The notes under the pieces: model-generated | Database searches by the model: none | Told to the model about the DNA's origin: nothing | Seen by the model: the letters and a program-made list of their open reading frames with translations, nothing else | Translations under genes and position numbers: made by a program | Origin: Paraspadella gotoi | Lineage: Eukaryota > Animalia > Chaetognatha | Direction of reading: 5' to 3' | DNA length: 17,128 bases | Assembly (NCBI GenBank): GCA_051294375.1 | Contig: JBJCIZ010000389.1 | Span: 1 to 17,128 of the forward strand | Shown here: piece after piece, positions 1-8,567 of the stretch | Layout of the letters: the number at the start of each line of letters is the position of its first letter | How positions within the stretch are numbered: position 1 is the stretch's first letter

Positions 1-384
1 CTAACAATCTTAAAGTTTTGTTTATTAGTTAAATAGTTGAATGGTATTGATAAGTAATATGCCACATTCATATGTTCAGAAACGACCACTGAAAAATATA
101 ACAAGTATGGCTCTTCATACAACTAGATTAATGAAGCGCGCATAAAAATGACTAAATGTTTTGAAAACATCCACTCAACGCCCTGTAGTTGTTTGAAAAA
201 ATTATTTGTTTCCCATTGCATATGAATAGTTAAAAAGCCACCATTTTAATGTATCTCAAATCGTTAAGACAAGGCTAAACGTTAAGTTTTGTCTCCGAGT
301 ATATGGTCCAACCCCTGTTTCTTTAGAAAGAGGTCTCGAACGGTAAGACAAACAATTCTGGGTTTTATCCATGAGTTGACAGCT

Positions 385-590
385 GGGCGGCGTTCGTGTT
401 TGCTGGTTCTGGAGGAATACTGTGTGTCGTCCCTGATTAATCATCTTACGACGGGTGCTTGGCGGGGATTCCTTCAGCAGCTTCTGTCGGAGTCGTTCTT
501 CGACATCATCTCTATTTCGTGACTTCTTGGATTCCAGGCTCTCTCGTCATCGACTGTCTCGTCTCGCCAACGGACATCCGGATCACCAAA
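385..590 (-). CDS. candidate host exon encoding a charged, coiled-coil-like peptide; boundaries uncertain
   Basis: GC-rich island in AT-rich DNA. The minus strand reads ...LESKKSRNRDDVEERLRQKLLKESPPSTRRKMINQ..., with indels elsewhere. Splice sites were not identified with confidence. Confidence 0.35.
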
Positions 591-889
591 AGCTCAGGTT
601 AGACTTTTTAAGAAGAGTGAGTCAATGAATAATGAAACAGGTTAGACCAATGCCAATACTAAACTATTCAATTTCAAGTATATGTAGTGTCTAAGCATTG
701 ATACAACTGAAACAGATTGAAAACACCTATAACAATTCTTTTAAACTCATTCTGATGAAAATTAATTAAAATTTCATAATGACTATCTAGCTAATTAGGA
801 AGCAGGATTTTGTAAAATCAATATGTTATTAACAGTTGATCCAGATCATAAATTCTATTTATTCATTTACTTTTTCCCATTATAGAGAG

Positions 890-1045
890 TCTTCTGGCGT
901 TTACATGGAAGGTTCAATACAACAGGCTCTTATCGTTGCTGGCGGCAAGAATACGCTTTCAGTGCGTGCAGACTGTGACCATTCTCATGGGTCTTCCCTA
1001 TGCGATCGTTCTTGCTTTTCCGTTTGCGCGTCTCACTTCTATCGT
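890..1045 (-). CDS. candidate host exon (weak)
   Basis: GC-rich island with a minus-strand acceptor-like caacag| ending at 1046. One frame reads DRSETRKRKSKNDRIGKTHENGHSLHALK. No homology recognised. Confidence 0.2.
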
Positions 1046-1079
1046 CTGTTGCATGATGAAATTAAGAACATTCTGTTAG

Positions 1080-1480
1080 AAAGTAGCCCTAGTATCTATA
1101 TATTAGTATTAACAGTTAAAGTGCTGAATCCGTAAGTGATTGATAGAGCTCGTTAACCCACCATAGCCTTGCTCCAGAGTCATGAGCAATTGTAGTTTAT
1201 TTATTATTTGAATATTTAAATTGATAATTTTTTTTATTGCGTGTTTAAATTTTAAAGCTTTCGACATGGATGATTGCCTTCGTGCTTACAAAATAGAGTA
1301 ATACACAATAACAGTTTTTCATACAATTGAAACATTCTTTGAAATATTATACACTATCATTGCATAGGGAAGCCAGGTACTCTGGAGTGAATAAACGGAC
1401 TGTGAGGGACGAGTCTTGATGGGAAGCTTGCAGGACCTGCTATGTCATTATCTTGTAAGGAGTGATGGGGCCTTAAACCA
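1080..1480. mobile_element. fold-back / MITE-like long inverted repeat centred near 1270
   Basis: ctccagagt (1172-1180) is the reverse complement of actctggag (1379-1387). Inner arms ~1186-1258 and ~1284-1364 align antiparallel in colinear blocks (gcaat, tagt, gaat.ttt.aattg, ttattg.gt, atttt..aagc). Outer limits are approximate. Confidence 0.55.
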
Positions 1481-1829
1481 CCAAAGCCTGTCCAAATCAG
1501 GGGCAAGATAGCTTATTTATTAAATGAATTGATTTAATTTTTTATATTGGTTGACCAATTTCATTTTCATTAAATTGACAAGAATGAAAAGTGACTTCCA
1601 GCCATAACTGAACAATATGAACATGACTTAACAAGTGAAGAATATGTAGCGAAAATATAAATGAACAGTTATTGATATTTTTAGGAACTTACTTCATAAT
1701 TTAATGCTTTAGAGTTTACAGGGCGAATCCTGATAGCATGTGACTTATCACTATCAGCTTACTACTACACTAAGCTATAAGGGCTAAGCGTGGCCCTAAA
1801 AACTTTTAGAACTTAATACAACGAATCAA

Positions 1830-2921
1830 TATAAACAAATCCAAGTAATCCAAATATTGTTCAATCCAAAATCAAATGAATCAGGTTCCAATACCAAGAA
1901 ATCAATTAATTCAGTTCAATCAAAGAATCAATCTAATCAGTTCAATTCCACATAATCACTATTAATCAAGTTTCAATCTTCAAGAATCCATGAATAGTTT
2001 ACAATCTCAGAATCAATTAATCAGTGTCATCAAGAATATCAATAAATCAGTTTAAATCAAAGAATCAATTAATTCAGTTTAAATCAAAGAAGAATTAATC
2101 AGTTCAATCTAAGACATCAATTAGATTAGATTCAATCTCAAAAATCATAATCAGTCATCCACAGAATCAAGTTATCGCAGTTTCAATTCAAGAATCAATT
2201 ATCAGTTCATCCAAGAGATCAATAATCAGTTCATCCCAAGAACTCAATTAGATCAGTTCAATCCAACAATCAATTACAGTCAGGGTTCAATGTCAAGAAA
2301 TGTTCAATTCATCGTATAATCCAAGAATCAATCAGTTCCAATCCAAAAAACACATTAACAGTTCCGACATCCATAAAATCAATTAATCGATTCAAGTCCA
2401 AGAATCAATAATCAGTTCAATATCATAGAGACATCTAATTAATCAGTGTGTCAATCTATAGAATCAAAAATTAATCAGTTCAATCCAAGAGACTCAATAA
2501 TCAGTTCAATCCAAAGAATCAATTTAATCAGTTTCCCGAATTTCCTCAAACAAAAACAATAACATGTCACATCCACAAAAATCACTCATTAACAGTTCAA
2601 TCAAGAATCAAATTAAGTCAGTTTCATCCAAGATCATTAATCAAGTTCATCCAAGAATTCAAATTAGATCACGTTCCAATGCCAGAGAAATCAATATAAA
2701 TCCAGTTCCAACTGCCAAAGCAATCAATCACTAAGATCAGGTTAAATCCAATCATCAAAACAATTCAACAGTTCAACATCCAAATCTCATCAATGTAATC
2801 TCAGTTTAAATGCCCAAAGGCAATCCAATTAATCAGTCACCTAAGAATCAATAATCCAGTTACTAGATCCAGACGAAGTTCAAACTCTAATCGAGCGTTC
2901 AATCCAGAACAATCAATTCAG
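1830..2921 (+). repeat. 25-bp minisatellite, about 40-45 noisy copies, consensus AAGAATCAATTAATCAGTTCAATCC
   Basis: The unit is directly visible and recurs head-to-tail with no unique spacers. Copies differ mainly by scattered 1-2 nt indels. Confidence 0.92.
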
Positions 2922-2933
2922 TCTCTTCTTTAC

Positions 2934-3295
2934 CGCTTTCTTGTGCAGCTCAGCGATTCATGGAAATCGGATCTCGCTCATTCAGATCGTTCAACTTTCT
3001 CGTGTCTCTCTACTCGATCCCGTCTCACTGAGAGTCCGCTGCCTCTGGTTCAAAGCTTCTACAACCATTTTCGGCGCCCGCCGATGTACCGTGATTTGGT
3101 CGCCGCCTGCGGCGCTGGGATGGCCGGCGGTCGAAGAAATTTCTCGCATGAGTCCGGCGTCTGCTAACGCTGGCGCCAATGCCCTTCTCTCTTACTCGCT
3201 TCATTGCGAGTCGCAGATTTCTGCAATACGGCTCGCTTTCGCGGTGTGGTTCTGTGGGCTGGATCTTCTGCTATCTTCGGTTTTTGTCGGGTGAA
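2934..3295 (-). CDS. candidate host exon, coiled-coil-like, frameshifted in this sequence
   Basis: GC-rich island ending on the minus strand at donor gcg|gtaaag (2934/2933). Peptide pieces include VVEALNQRQRTLSET and RHEKLNDLNER. The 5' boundary is uncertain. Confidence 0.45.
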
Positions 3296-3373
3296 GGAGT
3301 AGTACGATGATTTTTATTGAACAGCCTATACTTTATAAATTGACCGAAGTTCTTCAATCTGAGTAAAAAAGGG

Positions 3374-3874
3374 CTAAGTCCTCAGCTATCGCTCACCGTG
3401 CGATCTTAACTCAGATTATTCTCTTGCGCATTCCCAAGGCTCTATACCATACATCACCCAGCCTGCCTATGAAAATCTGTTCTTATTGGCTTCGAAAATT
3501 TCTTCCAAAACATTACTACGTACTAAAACGCTGTATCTAACGATGCTATGTTTATTAAAAAAAAGTTTCAGTTCAGAACCATAACTTTTTATAAAACACT
3601 TTGTTTCAAAACTCTCTGATAACACTATTCCTCTTTTAGTGTTAGTAGGTGTTTATGGCTGTAATAAGAAATGTGCCGACATCAATCGTCCACAGCCGAA
3701 TTCCTATCCCAGTGAGCCACAGTACGTACTGTACGATGTACGTGTAACTGATGTAGTTAAGCGTACAGAAAGTTGCCGATTTACAAATTTAAATAGATTG
3801 ATCCATGAACATTGAAAAATAATCGCCTTTAACAAGATCCGAGATAAAGATTTCCTGATTTATTGAGGACTTAG
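3374..3874. mobile_element. diverged fold-back / MITE-like element
   Basis: ctaagtcctca (3374-3384) is a perfect 11-bp inverted match to tgaggacttag (3864-3874). Further antiparallel blocks (gatctt, gattatt) continue inward. Confidence 0.4.
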
Positions 3875-3940
3875 TCATTAAGTTCATTTTAATTAGCCTC
3901 ACCCTGTTTCTCCCCCCCCCCTTCTAACAGCCTTTCAGTA

Positions 3941-4198
3941 CCAGTCTTTCGCGCAAGGGCGTCGTTCGACGCCTTTTCACAATCAGGGGCAAACCCGTTG
4001 CGAGGATCTCTTTTCTTCTCTTTCTTCTATCCAGGAGCGCCGTGCAGTTGGGAAGAAGCGTCATAATGATGTCGCGGGATACGATCCGTGGAAGCCTTCG
4101 CAACACCCTCGCGGAGATGTTGCCCGTGAATAGCGCGGATTCGGCTGCTGGAGTCGGACCGGCCTTTCGGATCACGTTTGAACCGGGGTTTAGGTTCT
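3941..4198 (-). CDS. candidate host exon
   Basis: GC-rich island with a minus-strand acceptor ttttttataaag| near 4199 and an open frame NLNPGSNVIRKAGPTPAAESALFTGNISARVLRRLPRIVSRDIIMTLLPNCTALLDRRKRRKEIL.... A possible donor ctg|gtactg is followed by a G-run. Strand is not certain because a plus-strand acceptor-like tract also ends at 3930. Confidence 0.35.
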
Positions 4199-4404
4199 CT
4201 TTATAAAAAATTAACTCAATTGTCTCTTGAATGAAAAGCTTCTTTTTTTTTTTTGAGAGAAGGGGGAGGTAATTTTTTAGGAGATTGTCGTTATTAGTAG
4301 CCGCTTCGAACAAAATATTTTTCTTCATGGGCAAAATGTCTTCGTTGCGATTATTTCTAATTTTATTTTTTTAAACACATGATAAAAGTTTAACTTTTCG
4401 TAAT

Positions 4405-4436
4405 TAAAATCTCTAAACAGCTGTTTAGAGATTTTA
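4405..4436. repeat. perfect 32-bp palindrome with no loop
   Basis: taaaatctctaaacag|ctgtttagagatttta: the two 16-nt arms are exact reverse complements. Confidence 0.95.
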
Positions 4437-4965
4437 GCGTATAAGTTCATTGTATTTCATATTTTTTATGTAATTTTTTTCTTTTTCTCTGTGCTTCTTT
4501 ATTTTACTTCTCTACTTTTTATTTTAAGACATTCTTCTTTAAATTTTGATGCCAAACCTGACATCCGTAAAAAATATTCTTTCCTTTGGTTGTTTAAAGA
4601 ATCTCTCTGCAAACCGCATTCAATTATCATAACCAATTTAATCAATTAACCATTCTTGAGATTATTTGTGGACTATAAGGGGGAGACATCTTTACTGTGA
4701 AGCGATGCTTGTAACTCCTACATGGGAACTCAATTAAGTCTAGACATTTAGATTTCCTAATTGATAATCTTGTTAGTGTCCAGTTGTTTCATCTTTAGCG
4801 AACGACGGCTTAAAATGCAATGTTACATATGATACATATTATTTTTTTCTGATACAATACTTTTTGAATAACTTATTGGTCAACATGCGGAATGGGTAGC
4901 TATCGATAAGACTCCCGCGCTTTAATATATATGTTTCTTATACACTTACCTAAGTTTTGTATTCT

Positions 4966-5347
4966 TTGGCTCCAATACTCGTTTTATTGGCTGGATAATT
5001 TTTATCGACTGTATGCAAAAAATTATAAAGAATTAAAAAAGCAGTCTTTTTAAGCTCAGTCTTGATTATAAGTTATTTAAAACACTAAATACTCCCAACA
5101 CTTACTCGAATTCTTGTTGAGCTATAATATACGTTAATGATTGTCCAACTTTCTGTTTCTTCGAAAAAAATTGGCTTTGTTGGGAAACATGCCTGCTGTT
5201 AAATATATAATGTCCTTATTCCTCAATACTGAAATTCTCCTTAATCCTTTAAAACACACGATTAGAAGAGTATTTTTCGTCTGAACTTTTCAATACAGTG
5301 TCAATTTGTTTAAAAATAGGTAATTACTAATACAAGTTTGGAGCCAA
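4966..5347. mobile_element. fold-back / MITE-like element with terminal inverted repeats
   Basis: ttggctccaa (4966-4975) pairs with ttggagccaa (5338-5347) as a perfect 10-bp terminal match. Internal antiparallel blocks include actgtat/atacagt and tcccaaca (5093-5100)/tgttggga (5178-5185). Similarity stops outside the ends. Confidence 0.65.
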
Positions 5348-5433
5348 CCACATGCCGGATCTTTCGCGCACACGATCAGATGAGCAGTAAATTAATAATA
5401 AGCTATCGTGAATTAATTATTAATTTATCTAAC

Positions 5434-5521
5434 CCATTTCCTCGAATTGTCATTGACCACTGACAAGAAGCAACGACGACGATGATAGTCATAACGATGA
5501 CCGATAACACCGACTCGGCGA
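5434..5521 (-). CDS. candidate short host exon encoding a hydrophobic, transmembrane-like stretch
   Basis: Minus strand has atcaag| at one end and gg|gttaga at the other. One frame reads AESVLSVIVMTIIVVVASCQWSMTIRGN. It could instead be a degenerate (GAY)n repeat. Confidence 0.25.
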
Positions 5522-5695
5522 CTTGATATTGAGTTTATTGATGATTTGATGGATAGGTTTAATTGCTGAAAACTAATTGATTGATACTTACACGGATCTG
5601 AATCAATGATTAATGTACTATGTAATTTATTTAATCAATTAATTTTCGTTTTCTCTCTAAAGTAAAAAACAACACAAAGAATAATCAGTATCGTG

Positions 5696-5966
5696 TGTAT
5701 GGTGGGACTAAAATCCAACCAACCGTTCATTCATGGGCATGTGCCCGGAGGCAGAGTCTATTCTCGATCCTATCCCAACCCAAAAGGTTCCGCGCGTTCG
5801 TCATGGGCCCTCAGTGGCCGCCGAGGCGCTTCACCCGCCTTACAATGGTGGTTACCAGCTGTCTATTCGAGCTCAGGGATCAGTCTGCCGTTATGCCTTG
5901 AGACGGTATTCTGTGCTATTACAACCAGCATTGATTCAGATTAATTTTACTGAGTGTCTCTTCTCA
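5696..5966 (+). repeat. 5' LTR of TRIM-like element
   Basis: Starts TGTATGG and ends ...TTCTCA. Shares colinear blocks with 6178-6440: ggactaaaatcca, aggca, cccaacc, cagtggccg, acccgcct, ttctgt. Confidence 0.65.
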
Positions 5967-5968
5967 TT

Positions 5969-5983
5969 TGGTGAGGCGCCGAG
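5969..5983 (+). promoter_or_regulatory. primer-binding site, tRNA-Ala-like
   Basis: tggtgaggcgccgag lies 2 nt after the LTR end. It resembles the complement of eukaryotic tRNA-Ala 3' ends (TGGTGGAGRYGCCGGG) with one G missing. Confidence 0.5.
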
Positions 5984-6164
5984 CTTCGCTAGAACAGGTA
6001 ACAGCAACAACAGCAACTCTCTAGGCGACATGCTCTCCACCTGGCGATTGCACTTTTCAGGTACTCAACTAACACACTGCAGGCACTTCGTGACGTCACT
6101 TCTCCGACGCTAACAATCAATAAGTCACTAGAAGAGGATTGGCAACAGATACTGTCTCCCATAC

Positions 6165-6177
6165 GGGCAGGGGGGGA
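6165..6177 (+). promoter_or_regulatory. polypurine tract (PPT)
   Basis: gggcaggggggga lies immediately before TGTAATG, the start of the second LTR. Confidence 0.65.
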
Positions 6178-6440
6178 TGTAATGTGGACTAAAATCCACC
6201 AACTCATCCGACCTACTAAAGTTCAACAGTGGCCATGGTAGCTGGCCTGGCAGGCAAATCCATCGCCTTCCCCAACCAGCGACAGCCCAGTGGCCGATGG
6301 TACCTACGCAGTTAAGAGGGACGGGGCGATAACCCGCCTGTTAACATGGGTGTTACAGCCTGATCCGAAGTTTCAGACGGACTGCTTATTGAACGGGTTC
6401 TGTCATAATACTTAATCAATAATTACTCTCTTTTTCGATA
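6178..6440 (+). repeat. 3' LTR of TRIM-like element (3' end approximate)
   Basis: Starts TGTAATGTGGACTAAAATCCACCAAC and is colinear with 5696-5966. The terminal CA and a target-site duplication were not resolved. Confidence 0.62.
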
Positions 6441-6524
6441 GTAAATTTTTTTCGATTATAAACTTACTTGCCACATCCTTTGAGGGAAATCTCGTTTAAT
6501 TTATTGAAATAAATTAATTAAGGT

Positions 6525-6550
6525 TAACGCCAGTAACTAGACTGGCGTTA
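6525..6550. repeat. perfect 10-bp stem hairpin
   Basis: taacgccagt-aactag-actggcgtta. Confidence 0.85.
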
Positions 6551-6589
6551 GATATAGTTTCAGTGCTGGAAAATCACGCCAAATAGTGA

Positions 6590-6920
6590 TATCAGTCGAA
6601 CTCTTTGCCATGACACGCCCTTGCCTTAATTGATTTCAATACATCATTGGATAAGGGTAGTGATGTTATGGTGGTGAGGTGTGATGAGTTAGGGGAATAC
6701 CTGTAGCTAGCCGAGGGAGCATTAGGGGATGTTGACGGGTGACGGCGACCACCGTGAGAGTCTGTACGGAGGCCTGGCGCCTGGTTATTAGACGTTAGGC
6801 TTAGGACGAGAGGCCCGTGGGTTACTGTTCGCAAGGGTAGGGTATGAGGCACGGAGCATGTACGGGAGTGCGGACGCATAAAGGTACATCTTGGCGATAT
6901 CGCCATGGCGAAGTCGCCAA
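6590..6920. repeat. G-rich segment with degenerate TTAGGG-like motifs, ending in tandem palindromes; possible small transposon
   Basis: gttagggg, attagggg, gttaggcttagg and gggtagggt occur within 6650-6845. The right end is ttggcgatatcgcca-tggcgaagtcgccaa (6891-6920). Confidence 0.35.
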
Positions 6921-6950
6921 CGCACAATAGAACCCTGTCGACACTTCTAA

Positions 6951-7024
6951 CTCTCTCTCTCTCTCTTCCTCTCTCTACTCTCTCTATCTCTCTCTCCATC
7001 TCTCTCTCTCTCTCTCTACTCTCT
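6951..7024 (+). repeat. (CT)n microsatellite
   Basis: Directly visible and imperfect. It explains the ER-repeat and LS-repeat ORFs in the track. Confidence 0.95.
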
Positions 7025-7163
7025 GATGTAAACTGTTCGCACAGACCAAACATATGTCATGATACCGAACGTATCCGAATAACTAGATTTTTATTTGAAA
7101 AAAACAAAGATTAGTCATTAAAACTTAACAAGTCAAATTAAACAGTTAAACTCAAATGCAACA

Positions 7164-7627
7164 ACCGGTCATGAAAATCGCGGGATTTCATCCAATCCTC
7201 AAATCATAAAATTATTTTCTTATCCATCGCCGAAAGTCGATAACATTCTTGGAGTTCGTATGCGATATGTTTTTCCTTCGCTTTAAACCGATACTAGTTC
7301 CTGCCAGTAAACAGAATACGTTTGGAATTTCAGGTTTAGCTATTCGGTTGTCCTACAGATAGTTAAACTAGCCGATGAATGAGCAACAAAAGACGATATA
7401 TGCAGCTCGACTCGCGATTTACTATTCTCTCTTCTAAACCAAAGCAGGTTGTGTCCACATTTTTACCGATCGCAAGGTGCGTGGACGACGACCAGTCAAA
7501 TTGGAATTCGTAAAAAAGAGAGCAATACAAAATTTAAAAAAATAAATCAAAATTAAGAACCATTGAATCGACGAGTTTTTACAAATTATTTGAAAGTGAC
7601 TAATTATAGACCTTAATCATTACCGGT
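7164..7627. mobile_element. possible further fold-back / MITE (weak)
   Basis: accggtcatga (7164-7174) versus tcattaccggt (7617-7627) is a 10/11 inverted match. Inner blocks tcaaat and gtcgat..ttctt are also antiparallel. Confidence 0.25.
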
Positions 7628-7829
7628 GGACTTCATATTCTATATGTAAATTTTTTTTAACGACGAAACTGAATTCTGTGGGAACCATTAATACAACATT
7701 TAAATCGTATTCAGTAACAAAATCCTTCTATCTACTACGCGCTGAAGAGCGCTGATTTTACCAGAGGTGCGCACGACCGCAGCAGTGAATCACGGTCTGC
7801 TGGTAGCGACAGCGCGAGACAGAGCACCG

Positions 7830-8548
7830 TGTTATGTTAGGAATACGAAGTGATAGCTCTTGGATTCGGCGAGCAACGTAGGTGCTCCTTGCTAACAGGT
7901 ATACCAACGTCTTATGGCTCCGAGGAACCAAGGACTGCCACATTGGGATGTGGTCGCAGTTAGTCCACTAGCCACTGAGGGCGCCCTGGCGAAAGAAACA
8001 AAGAAAAAGCGTTAACGTCGATACTGTTGGCTTGATAGGTGACCTATACCTCAGGAAGCACACCGAAAAGAAAGAATTCTTAAGACAATACATTTTACTT
8101 ATTAAAAAGCACTTTGTCTCATTGTCGAAACAGCTACTGCATCACCAGACGCGTAGATACAGAGCCGTGCGTAACCGGATCAGAAGCTCGAGGAGAAAAT
8201 TCACCGAAATGGACATCCGAGGCCTTTCTGACTACAGATAGATGGCAACCGGATCGGAGGCTCGGTGATGAAAATGAATTACACCAACCAAGTTGCCGTG
8301 AATCGTAGCTCTGTCTACCTTGCTCCTCGCAGACTCAAAAGGGGAAGCGGCCAATGCAGCGAAGAGGCTGTAAAATTACCAATGTCTCTGGACTCCACCA
8401 TTGCTCTGCATAAATGGTAGATGTAGAATTTGTAGTTGATCATCTGTCCAACAATCTGGAGACACACCGTCTTCGTAAATCTGTTTTTATATCATATAAA
8501 TTCCACTTTGGTTTCACGCTTCTAAACCCCTGGTCTACTTTACTTAAA
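7830..8548 (+). repeat. candidate 5' LTR of the Gypsy element
   Basis: Begins TGTTATG, has an AT-rich 3' part and is followed by a PBS-like TGG motif. There is no second copy in the window to confirm it. Confidence 0.3.
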
Positions 8549-8567
8549 TGGCTGTGAGTACAGGAGT
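8549..8567 (+). promoter_or_regulatory. candidate PBS, loosely tRNA-Arg-like
   Basis: tggctgtgagtacaggagt shares TGGC...CAGGAGT with the complement of metazoan tRNA-Arg 3' ends, but the middle does not match. Confidence 0.2.

Larger units (their letters stand above)
5696..6440 (+). mobile_element. TRIM-like non-autonomous miniature LTR retrotransposon (or an internally deleted LTR element)
   Basis: Two diverged ~260-270 bp direct repeats both begin TGTA. A PBS-like TGG motif lies 2 nt after the first repeat's terminal CA, a purine tract abuts the second repeat, and the ~210 bp internal region has no recognisable coding domain. Confidence 0.7.

Noticed and set aside
752-760. Hammerhead ribozyme core (ctgatga; also at ~10329)
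   Set aside because: No stem II followed by GAAA and no compatible stems I/III were found.
1830-2921. CRISPR array
   Set aside because: The 25-bp units are head-to-tail with no unique spacers, there are no cas genes, and the context is eukaryotic.
3719-3732. 14-bp palindrome acagtacgtactgt
   Set aside because: It is real but lies in a low-complexity gtac-rich patch inside a larger fold-back, so it has no independent significance.
6592-7114. ORFs 6592-7053(-) and 6905-7114(+)
   Set aside because: Their ER/LS repeats are translations of the (CT)n microsatellite and the adjacent G-rich repeat.
7801-7815. tggtagcgacagc as a tRNA-iMet PBS
   Set aside because: Only the first 7 nt match, and no LTR-like end precedes it.
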